From assembly GCA_044892525.1 (NCBI GenBank), contig CM097885.1:6512001-6576000 (forward strand): a stretch of 64,000 nucleotides of DNA, given 5' to 3'. Of this stretch, positions 1 through 12,011 are shown in pieces. A model generated the notes under the pieces. It did not search any database, had not been told where the DNA came from, and saw only the letters and a list, made by a program, of their open reading frames with translations. The DNA comes from Schmidtea polychroa (Eukaryota). Position 1 is the first letter of the stretch. Each line of letters begins with the position of its first letter. The position numbers and the translations under genes were made by a program.

Positions 1-856
1 GACTATGTCCATATTCTGTACTCTCCACACTAAGTTTCTAGAGTTGAAAGGTTTAGTTTGCAGGTTGTTCTGGAAGCTAATTGTAGGAGTTGGGCTACGT
101 TCGACAGTGTCTAAATTATGTTGCATGTCGGTATCTACGTTTGCTGCAGGCGGATCTGCATCCAAGTTTGGGTCAGTGGGAAAATTACCTACATCCTCTT
201 CATCTTCTAGCTCCATCAGGCAATCTCTTTGGCTCGAATAATAGTCTATGTCATCTTCATTGTCGGTGGAATCGTCTTCCGAAATTTCACCATTTTCTAA
301 CCGCTTCAATATTCTCTTCATCTATTCTGTTCGCATTTTTGATAAATTTCTATAATAAAATAAAAATAAAAGTAATTCCAACACCAAGCTATGCAGAAAA
401 ATAATGAAACGGAAGTTCAAAAAGTTTTTATAGCTAAAGAATTAGTAGGTAGGTTTTATGTAGGGCGGAATGCCTGAAGTATCAAAATTGGTACTCACAA
501 AAATAGAACTAGTTTCTTCAAGTAAAACATGCACTCGCAAAAAGTAATTATATCATAGGAAAAATAATATATTCACTTACCTCAAAAGTATTTATATTCT
601 TCAGAAAAAGAAAATATATCAAATTTGTATTTAACAAAACTTTTAGTAAAATGTGTTTACTTGTTCACTTTGCCGCGCAAGTAATATGTCATAGATAAAA
701 TAAAACAATAATGACATTTGTTTTTTTTAATTTCGTTGGAAAGAATATTATACAAAAGTAAAATACGAACAGCCAACCTATAAAAAAAACTAATAGTAAT
801 GTGAACATTCGGTTTAAAAGATTGGTATCAAAATTGAAACTCTAGGTTATTAAGGG
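1..856 (-). mobile_element. piggyBac transposon 5' fragment (copy 1)
   Basis: Minus-strand end reads TTAA|CCCTTAATAACC (TTAA at 857-860). Identical to the copy at 30471-31494, which encodes a piggyBac N-terminus. Confidence 0.75.
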
Positions 857-2133
857 TTAATAAGATAATTATATGAAGAAGCTTTGCAAAATCGCAGATA
901 TAAAGAAGAAGAATATTTAACAAAGTCCATCAACACTTACGTGATACTGGGAAGTTTTAGCAAAATTTAATTGACTGTGAATGAATCCGAGGGAACCATT
1001 TTAAGAATGCTTGAAAGAAAATCCTCAAATACTTTGCCAACAGATCGTTGTGAATAGCATAAATCAAGTTATTTCAACGTTTAGAAAATTTTGAATCAAA
1101 ACTGTTTGAAAGAAATTCAAACAATTCAGGGATCGATCCCAGGTGTGTTGGAAAGAGTTGTGGCGATGTCTCCAGTTTCGCCACCACACTCGGTTCAAAA
1201 AATTATTTTTTCATATTTATTTTGTAAGTTAATTAAAAGAAATACTAATACACACAAAATACACAAAATATTTATTTTATAATAGTAAAACAAATTATAA
1301 AATAGTTGTTATATTAAAACAGAAACATTGAAATTTGTTTATAAAAATAGTTTTACTTGGAATTTGAACCATGTTTATTATTGATGTTTGTTAAATAGAT
1401 TCCCACTGTGCTATCTAAGCTGTTGTTTTTTACACTTTAAATTTTTATTAATTTTAAAAATATTTTTTTTGAAAAGTAGTAGGGAAATTTACCAAGAAAG
1501 TCATCTCTGTTGATGAGGTCGTAGACCGAGCTAAACAATATTCTCTCAAATGTTTTTAAGGCGAAGAAAATAAAAATAAAGGAATAAAAAATGTGTAAAA
1601 CATAAAATAAAAAATAACTCATCAAAATTATTTAGATTGCTTCAAACCATTTTCTGAAAAAAGTATGGATATTATTTATAATTTAAATTCTAAAAATCTT
1701 GATATGTTATTACAAAAATCATAAAAATCTTCTTTGGAAAACTATGATAACAAAAAATGTATTTTGTCTGATTTAACAACAACATTTCCTCATTGAAATG
1801 ATTTGGTTGAAATTATACAAGAAAAGAATGATTTGGAAATGTATAATGATTATTATCTCACTTGTTGTAGATCCCACTACATTTTATTTTTTGAACCTTG
1901 GGTTCTTTCATGTTTCACTTAATGAGATTTTGAAATATATTTATTAAAAGGTTTGCAAAAATACATTTTTATAGCGATAATATTTGCGCAGGTGCCAAAT
2001 CAGAGAATTTTCCAAGTCTCAAGAAATGGAGTAGTGAAGATATATCTAAGTGACTCAAATAAGTCCCAAAATTTTCCAAGAACTTTTCCCAAATATTTTC
2101 CAAGTCAATAAAATTATTATTTTTTTCCAATTA

Positions 2134-2333
2134 GTGAGGGTTCTACCTCCTCCAGCCCAAAGCCATTTTCATCAAATTAATAAATTATTTATCGAGTAAT
2201 TGGTTTTTACTAAATACTAGGCAGTAAGTTTTTCATAGGTACTAAGTTTTTTATTTTTTAATTTAATGGTGTACGTGGTCTGACAATGTGATTCTTATCT
2301 GGGGTCTTTACGTTAGAGGGGTAGAACCCTCAG
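2134..2333. mobile_element. Tc1/mariner-type MITE, 200 bp (duplicate at 32772-32971)
   Basis: TIRs gtgagggttctacc / ggtagaaccctcag, flanked by TA on both sides. Confidence 0.7.
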
Positions 2334-3999
2334 TACTATTATTTATAATTTGAATCATTAATAAACAATAACAAAATTTAAGGATTTAGTCATTTAATAT
2401 TTACCAAACTAACATGACAACATTAATATTCAATAATAAATATAAAATAAAGATCAAGGCAATCAAATATCCAATTACAGTTACTTCACAAATGACAATG
2501 CACTAATACAAGAATTAGGGATGTTAAGACTACACTAGCTATTTGTGTAGATAATTGTTGCGGACTTTGAATTGAAATTTCCTTACTAGGTTTCAAATTT
2601 TGTTTATTAATACCACTTTATACTTCAATGTCTTCAAATAAAAATATAAAACTTGATCATTGCTATATTTCCAATAGCTTTCTCTTATCTGTTTTAAATG
2701 TTTTTTTCTTTTTTTATGCAATTATATATAAATACAATTTAAACACAAAATAAAGACAGACTAGAAATAACCAGAGAATTATATCTATACGACTCTTTCG
2801 TCTTAAAATCACCTGACATACACGTAGCTCAATACCAGTACATCCTTTATAAACTCATTTTCCTATGCCTAGCTTTTATTGCAAAATTAAAAGAATCCTT
2901 CCTAGTAAATAACTATATATTTAATTAAAAAAGCAAAGTATATTATAAAAAAAATATTCTTACAAGTGTTTGTACAAAGTGTACGAAAAAACATGCTTAT
3001 CTTGCAATTTTGAATAACATATTTTATAAAGAACTAGTATCAAAAGAAGCAATATTTCACAAACTTTACAGAAAAATTCGAATAACATAACAAAACCAAA
3101 ACATTAACAAACAGGGAAATATATAAAGTCAATTCCTAATAGAGAGAAAGGCCTACAAAATAAATTCTAATAAAAAAACTGAAAGATATGTCAGAACAGA
3201 AAATTTGTCCTTTTCACAGACAGAAAAGTTTAAAATTTAAAATTCTCCACAAATAACAACAAGAATAATAATTTACCAGATTGGATTGTCTGGCATGGAA
3301 TGATGAGTTGTTGGAGGAAATTTTGGGAAATTAATTATTATCCTCCAGAAACCAACATATCAGTAACAACTCAGCCACTGTGTTTGAAAATTTTCAATTA
3401 AAAAAAACCCAATAATATTGGGGATAAATGCAGCTATAAATAATAGACATGAAGCAATTAAAGTCAAACCGGTAATATCGGAATGTCTCCACATAAAAAT
3501 AATTCTTTATTTATAATAAATTGAATATGACAGCAACTTCTAATTTTAATTTTCAATTAATTACTTTTACTGCTACTCGATTTTTGTAAAATAAATATAA
3601 ATAAAATAAATATATAAATAATTTAATTAATTAATAGTAATGCAAAAATGTGCAGTGCAATACATACAAAAATATACATTAAACTACACGAACTTGAATC
3701 AAAGAAATAAAATATTATAATTGCTCATAATAAAATTATTAGAAAATAATAATAATAATAATTGTTAATTAGAAACACATCATTATATAGCTCTTCATTG
3801 CATGATATCTAAAAGGAAGTTTATTGGTTTAATAATTATTGATACAAAATATCTGCACAAATACATATATTACAACATTCAAAAACTAGCATCAAACATC
3901 ATAAATAAACTCTGATCTTGAAACTACGATTTTGACATGTTATTATGTAACAGGTTTTTTTGATTAATTGTGTAATATTTATTTATTATTCTTCTTTAC

Positions 4000-4000
<1 letters not shown>

Positions 4001-4050
<50 letters not shown>

Positions 4051-4069
4051 TATTATTATTATTATTATT
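4001..4069. repeat. (AAT)n followed by (TAT)n microsatellite, self-complementary
   Basis: Read directly; same length in copy 2 (34639-34707). Confidence 0.9.
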
Positions 4070-5793
4070 GTTATAAAAATTTTCAAACAAGTAAATTATA
4101 TGATAATCCCTAATATTATGTTCCTTGTTTAACATTTAATTTATGATGCTAACAAGAAATCATTTTAATAAATGAAAATATTTGTTTGTTGAATAATAAA
4201 TAAATTTATGTAATTAATTTTCTGATAAGTAAAGCCTCCGTAAATTTCAGATCTGAATTATTTCGCTATATTTTTTCACTTAACATGATACAAACTTCTT
4301 TATAACGAAATGTAGGAGCATTTTGCACTTAGAACAGTTAGAAATGTAGCAATAACCCAACTTCAATTTGTAATTATTTTAAATTGAATAAAATTACATA
4401 TTTCTGTTATAATATCAAAATATTGTTTAATATTAGTAGAGAATATTTCATATTTTGATTGACTTCGTGTATGTTTTGACATTAGGGAAATTTAGGGAAA
4501 TTCATCCTATCCAAAAGTGACAATTTAATGAATGGTATAAATAAAAAGTACTTCCAACGCAACTTAAATAAATACAATATTGCAGGGATTGTATAAATTA
4601 ATGGAAAATGTATAGAGAATTTTGTACAAAACAAAAAATGTAAAAATCAATATTTTTTGAGGGAAATGCAGGAGGCAAATGAAAAGACAAAATGAATATA
4701 ATAATTTCAAATCGATAGTGGGTCCTTAGTAAAGGTTATTTCAAAAATACAAAATAATTAATTAATTAGTTGATATAACAAACAGGCAAAGAGTTAGATG
4801 ATTTTAGTCAGATAATGCAATTTAATAAATGCTTGATCCAGAGAGAACCTTATCAAAGGAGGGATAAAATACAGTTAAATCCCAGCAAATTTAAAGGAAG
4901 TTAATAATTACAAATTTATTAAAAGTATGTATTGAGAATGTATTAAAAGGAGAGTTGTAAAGCGCATCAATTTTGAAATAAAAGGTTGGTGGTGGAGTTA
5001 CCTACGATAAAGAGGAAAATGCAATGTTCTATGTTTTACATGTTATTTGTTATAAAAAAAGAAAAGTCAAAATTCTCTCCTCACAACAATAGTATATGAA
5101 AATTATAACAGTATAAGCTATTATATTTAATGAAAATGGAAAGCCTTCTATGTACCATGTTAAGTGCTACAATGAAAATGACTTTTTTTTCAATCTGAAT
5201 GATCTCTGTCGGTAATACAATTGCTTTCTTTTTCTCTAATTTCATTTTTTATTAAAACAAATTATCATTTGTACCCAGAATAAAAATATTATAAAATGAA
5301 CATTTTCAGAAGTTCTTTTCTTCATGACTTTCAAATGTCTGGAAAGACCTTTTTAATCTTTATATTAATGTTTCTTGGCATGAAATGAACTCTTTGTTTA
5401 AACAAAATAATAACAATTCAATTAAGATCGAAAAAAAATACATACATACTTAATAAAGTTCTTTGTCCAATGACAATTCACAGTCCCACATAAATATCAT
5501 TAATTAAAACAAATAAAATTATTTTAATTATGAAAATATTTCAAAAAAGCGTCAATTAGATATCCAGCATAAGATACTTATCTCATCAACTTCATTAAAA
5601 CAAATCTTTTCAGACGAAATTCTTAAAGAAAATTGTAAACTTTTACTAATTAAGTATTTATTACCGAATTTTACTGTAACTTAATTCTCAACAACCGTTT
5701 AAAAAAATAACAATTTATCGTAACCAAAAACTTTCTTTAAAACGACAACTATAATTGTTTTAATAGAAATAATTTATAAACTGTTTTCCCCCA

Positions 5794-5950
<157 letters not shown>

Positions 5951-5954
5951 TGAA

Positions 5955-6113
5955 CAGTACAAGCTTTGTGATACCCAGTGCAAACCCCAATAGTAGAAAT
6001 TCGATCTTTTGACTCTCATCAGTACTATGTAGGAGACGTTAAGATTTCAAGTGAGACATCCGACAAAAAATGTTACAACATTATTTGCACTGGTTATCAC
6101 AAAGCTTGTACTG
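5955..6113. mobile_element. MITE, internally deleted allele
   Basis: TIR cagtacaagctttgtgata...tatcacaaagcttgtactg; the 446-bp version is at 36658-37103. Confidence 0.7.
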
Positions 6114-6699
6114 TTTATTTTATTCAAGTGAGATAATTATAAATTGATGATTACTTGGTAGCAGCATTAATTAAAATTTAAACAATTAAATGATAATTTA
6201 AGCCCTTTGCTACGAATAATATATTTAATACAAATGAAAAAATTTCAAATATAAGATAGTCCTTTTCAATTTCATGGATTTTAGCTTCTTTTATTTTCAA
6301 AAAAGCTCTTTAATTTTTATTTCCTTTTTTTTACTTCTCATTGGTCAATAATAATAATAAACTTTTTTTCTCAAGCATATAAAATTTCTAAAGATGTTTT
6401 AATTAAATATCCTTTAAAATTCAAAACGACTAACAAGGAAAAATTTAAAAATTTTTAAAGCTTCTATAATTAGCTCGTAGAAACCTAATTTATTAAATAC
6501 TATCTTAAAATATTTATAAAATATAGTTTCCAATAACTATTTATATACGGAATTTAAATATTTTAAAAAATGTTTCTATTTTGATTTTTAAATACTAATG
6601 ATCTTCTAAAATTATATTTTATCTATTTTTCTATATTATTTTATATTATTATTTTTAATTTTTAATTTAATTTTTTAAAAACTTTTCTCAAGGTAAGTA

Positions 6700-9290
6700 A
6701 CAACAAATCAAACTGATGATTTCAATGATTTCTTCTTTAGTGTTGATAGTTGGCCGTCTGTTTATTATGAGAATTGCTTCCTTAAATCTGAAATTTTTTG
6801 TGATGTTTCCATTGGCTAACTCTTAGCCGCTAAGATTTTGATTAAATTATTTTTTCTTTCATTTCTTGGTTGACTTTGTTGGAGATATTTGTATACCGAT
6901 GATTTTCCACCAGGATCTAGATGTTCTTTAACTCTTTGGTACAAGGTCCTGAGCGGGCTTCCAATGTATATTTCCTTTTATACATCGCACGTGAATCAAT
7001 AGACAATGTTTTTTCGAAAGCACAGATCTTTCGGTGTCTGAAAGTTTTCCGTTTGCAATTGTTTTTTTGTGTTCTTTTCAAGAGCTTTTCTCAATGTCCA
7101 AGATTTATGTGGTATACGAATTGGAAGGCTAGTGCGTTTCAGTTCTTTTAGGATCTTGAAGTCGAGTATGTAATTAATGTATTGGATATTCAGATAAAAA
7201 TATTTCTTTTTCATTTTGTGTGTTATTTCCTTAGATATTTCTGGAGTAGAATTCATTCTTTCAATGTCCTTACCTTGATATATGTTTCTGTATAGGATTT
7301 CATTGAAGTTTATTTGTTGATTATAGTTTTAGTTTTCTTCAGTACATCGATTGGGTATCCTTTGTTTCTCGTTTTATAGCACGTGTACTTTCTTTAAGTA
7401 TGGAAGCGTTTATCTTTGGTGCATAAATATTTTTTTGCGAGTTGATTTTCTGTGAAACCCGAATGCTGGAGTATCTAATTCTATTTTAATTTTTAAATCC
7501 AGTAGATTGATTAATTAATCTTCTTCCGGATATTCGATTTCGAACTTAATAACTCGTTGAGCCGCATTGAATGTATGAAATATTTCCTCCGCTTCTTTTC
7601 TGCTTTTGGTCGTGATGAAGATATCATCAACATATCTTGCATAGAAACCGATGGGTTGTATGGTACTCAGTGTCTGTCCTTCGAGGTTATCCATAAAGAT
7701 GATTGCTAGCAATCCTGATATGCTAGAACCCATAGGCAGACCTTTAGCTTGTTTATAGATATTTTGCTCAGTATTCTCGGTATTCATTTCCTTTATTAAA
7801 AAGTTGCTTTCTCTTATTTTTTTTTATTTTTTTTAAATTTCTTTTCTAAACATTGAATAGCATTTTTTGGATCGATAGATGTGTATAGTGATACGACATC
7901 AAGACTGAATGGGTATCTAATTTTGATAGCAGGACCTTCTTTGTGAATTTTTAATTAGATGGTTGAAATTGGGAAGATCAGAATGCTTTGTGACGAAGCT
8001 GTTGGTTATTCTGTTGTTGAGCTTCATTTCCAAAGCAATGGCTTTCCATACTTTGTTAATCGTCATTTCGATGGTGTTTGGTGACATGCGGCTGAGTCTC
8101 TTGTATGTTTCGATGTTGCCGAAGTGTTCATAACCAGCTTCACAGTAACAAAATTTCTCTATAATGCAAAATTCTCCCCTTGTCACTTGTTACGTAAACG
8201 TATGGTTTCTTTTAAAGGGATTTTAATAGTGCTTGTTCCTCTTTCGTTATGTTTGAGAGATATGGTTTTCTTTTGTCCTTCTCAACTATCTCCATGATTT
8301 TGTGGCAAACCTTTGAAAGTGTTGAATCTAATTCTGCATCAGGATTTGGTTGATAGAGTTTATCTATGTTTATGTATACTGGGAGTTTTTCTTCGTTAAT
8401 TTCATGATGTATTATATTGTTCCATTTGATCTGATACGCAATGCGACAAAGAGCTGTTTTGAAATTGAGGATAGCTGCTTTATCTATTTCACTGTTTATA
8501 CTGAACTTTAATTCTAGTGAAAGTATTCTTTTCTCACATTCGGATAAACAATTTGCGAGGTCGGTTACCAATTCTTTGTTTTCTCTATTTACTGTAATGC
8601 TTACGTTTCCATCCAGTGTTTCATTGTTCGTACTATAGCCTGCTCTGAGCTCCTTTTTTCTCAAAAGGTATTTGATTCTTTTGTCAAATGCCAGGAAATA
8701 ATGTGCTTCTGCTGTCATGAAAGCTTGTCTTTGTACCCCGTAGATCAATTCTTTTGGCTGGTTATTCAAATACGTTTTCAAAATATTTTCTTGATTCTAT
8801 TGTTCCCGATGAGTTTCTGCGTACATACTTCTAATTAAATTTGTTAATATATACTCTTTGATGTCTTTATTTCTCTTAATGTTTTGATCTTTGTTGAGAA
8901 TCTGAGGTAAATGGATGTTGTCAATTGTTGTAGGATAGATATTTGTTTCTTTATAATTTCTTAGACTTTGAACTTCTCTAAAAAAATTTGCCGAGGGGAG
9001 TGGGGTATCATCTACTCATGTGTTTTATATTATGTGTGCTGTGTTTTTATGTAAAATTATTTTTCCATCAATTTCTCAATTCCTATAATAAAACTTTAAC
9101 CTTTCGGAACATTAAATTTTTACACACAGGTAAGTTTGTTTGTTTCTTTAATATAATTGTATCGAGTTTTTTTTAAGATTATAGAAACTTTTATATTTCG
9201 GATTTAGCTGTAATACTAACTTTACCAAATCATGCTGGTTTAAATAGATATTAGGCCACTGGTGCTTGAAATGAATGCTAATGCTAATGC
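6700..9290 (-). mobile_element. Penelope-like retroelement (RT + GIY-YIG endonuclease), decayed, copy 1
   Basis: RT motifs QAKGLPMGSSISGLLA and YARYVDDIF (7515-7787). GIY-YIG NIVY*FTC..YIGS..RTLYQRVKEH (about 6920-7015) and KEAILI..RPTIN (about 6735-6785). Many stops and frameshifts. Confidence 0.9.
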
Positions 9291-9302
9291 TAATAATAAA
9301 AA

Positions 9303-9349
<47 letters not shown>

Positions 9350-9777
9350 GTCCCGCGAGAGTAAATACTCACCTCTGAATTAACTTAAGCTTGATATGTA
9401 TATTATAAGGTTTTAAAATTTGGACCTTGGACCTTTCAAAAGTATGCCCATAATACTCACCTTTGAATAAGCTTTTGTTTGATATATACATATTATAAGG
9501 TTTCAAAAAATTCGAAACGTTTTTGACCTATTGAAGGTTGAGGACAAACCATACACCTTCCAGGGTATAATTATTTTATAGTGCTCTTCAAGACCTTCCG
9601 AATGATACCCATATATATAATTTGACCCTTTCAAATTTGAATATAAGTATTTTGTAATGAGTCACTCCGTTGAGTCATCGATGCCTTTGTTTACCAATGA
9701 GTCATGGAGCACACTTCTCTTTACTCTTATATCAACAAAACTGTCCCATTTCATTTAATCTGTTGATTAATTTTAAT

Positions 9778-11040
9778 TAATATTAATTAAAAAATTTGAA
9801 TGTAAAAATAAATAAATATTAGTATAAAAATAAACATAAATTACAAAAAACATATGTAAAGCAAATTTATATATATATAAGCCATATTCTTTCGCTTTGC
9901 TTTATTGAGATTTCATTTTAATATAAAATTATTTAAAATTCTTTTACGAATAAAATTCTTTTTAAATAAAACATTTATTTTGGACATTAGACAAACATAA
10001 AAAAATGTAAAATGAAAGCGTTGACCTTGATGAATCATGTTTTTGTTTAAAAAGTTTTTTTACCACCGGCGGGAGGTGGGGGTTTGTGAGCCAGCGGTGA
10101 CATGATATAGCGGTGACAACCATCTACTATTAAATTATTTTAATATTTTCAGTTAAAAAGTTTACGTGAAAATTATGTGAAAATTTTAAAAAGTTTTAAA
10201 TTTGCATCAAATAAATATCTTAGAAAACTGAAATTCTGTAAAAATAGGCAAAGCCAATCTAAAACCTTTAGAAAATTTGAGAAAAGCTCGCTTTATTTGG
10301 TAAATAGAAAATGTAGCAAATTAAACAAATATTATTTTGAACCAATAGAATAAGCAGAAAATGTATAAAAACAGATTTCATTTTCAACAATTTGAACCAG
10401 CAATGCAAATCAATAAATCAATAGCTTAGGAAATATTGAAAATCTATAAAATCTTTTAAAAAATCTCAATTTTGCACTTCGTTATTAATTAATAATTATA
10501 AAAAAACCTAAAAAAATTAATTAGTTCAAAAAAAACCAAAATTCTTTAAGGGGTCTCACAAAACAGTCAAATATTTACTTTTATTCAGATCTCATTTAAA
10601 CAAAATTATCTAAAATTCCACTAACAATAGACAAAAATAAAGAAATGTAAAATGAAAGAGTGACAGTCAAATGAATGTCAGGTAGAAATTGTCCGCTTAT
10701 AACAGATCTAATTTGGAAATGGTGTAAAATAAATATTTTATTATTGCTACATAAATGCTACCAAAATTGCATTTATTTCGTATTTTGATAAAAAAACAAA
10801 TATTAATTAAAAAATTGAATATAAAAATAAATAAATATTAGTATAAAAATAAACATAAATTACAAAAAACATATGTAAAGCAAATTTATATATATATATA
10901 AGCCATATTCTTTCGCTTTGCTTTATTGAGATTTCATTTTAATATAAAATTATTTAAAATTCTTTTCATAAAAACACATTTAAATAAAACATTTATTTTG
11001 AACATTAGACAAAGATAAAGAAATGTAAAATGAAAGCGTT
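9778..11040 (+). repeat. Local direct repeat of about 245 bp (9778-10022 and 10798-11040), remnant of a ~1-kb tandem unit
   Basis: Both read aatattaattaaaaaa...ttctttcgctttgc...aaatgaaagcgtt. Copy 2 keeps more of the unit (41087-43110). Confidence 0.85.
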
Positions 11041-12011
11041 CAAATATTTGATAAACTCAGTGAAAATGAGAGATTTTGTGACTCTACAGAAGGCTTTGAT
11101 GTTGAAATGTTCAATGTTTCTATGGATATTATTGTTGGGAATGTGATGGAGATTTCAAGGAACTCCTAAAGGTGTAAATTTGGTTGCCGCCTTGAGACCA
11201 GCAACATTATAATGATAATGATAATTTGGCTGGCCTTCAAGGGATTCTATCAAATGCATTTTCACCTTCAATTATAAGAAATGCTCAGTTGCAATATTAT
11301 TATAATAAATTCAAATAAATGATCTGATAGAAATCTAACATGGCTGCCATAATATCTGATCCGCATTGATATAATAGATCAGATAATGACAGCAATTGTG
11401 AGATCCCCTGATGATGTGTGTTGCATGCTCATAATGACAGCTGTTCAATAAATAATTCAATTTCATATCAATATAATGCTAATTTTCATTGATTTTCTCA
11501 TTTATTGGTGGCGGCAATTCCGATATTATTGATATTTGAGGGAAATTGGTTGAGAAATATAAAATAGCAATTGAAATCTCAATTTGTAAACAAAGCAGCG
11601 TAACAATTGAGGGGAAATTAAAATGCAAAAATTTCACTTATCGGAAAGAAAATAAAAATTAAAAATGATTCCAAATAGAAAATAAATATTTTGAATATAA
11701 AATGAAAAAGTAAAAATTTCAAAATATTTCAATTCAAAATCACGAGCAACAATAAAAATTGATTCAAAACAGCTCAATAAATGGATCTGCACAAAGCTCA
11801 TTAAATGCTGATCCGATGTGATCCAATCAGCATTAAATGCGGTTACAGCTGATCCACAGCATCAATAATGTTGCAATCAGTTTATAATTGGGCAAATGCA
11901 TCAATAACTGATCCAGACAAATTGATCCACCAGCACAAGGCAAATAATAAATCAGATAAAATCCAAAATAAATCAATTTTTATTGAAATGTTTTTTGTAA
12001 TTTTCTCGTAA

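Noticed and set aside
1125..1415. tRNA gene (B-box-like ggatcgatccc and gaatttgaacc motifs)
   Set aside because: No cloverleaf can be formed; at most SINE-like debris.
1500..1535. Hammerhead-like ttgatgag-gtc-gta-gac-cgag
   Set aside because: Core deviates at both CUGAUGA and GAAA, and no convincing stems I and III.
4480..4502. Telomeric TTAGGG seed
   Set aside because: Only two non-adjacent copies within a 10-bp duplication.
9348..9760. Helentron/DINE-like non-autonomous element
   Set aside because: Suggestive internal repeats only; I could not define termini.
11090..11600. Additional gene downstream of TRAF
   Set aside because: Slightly GC-richer, but all frames I read are short and motif-free.
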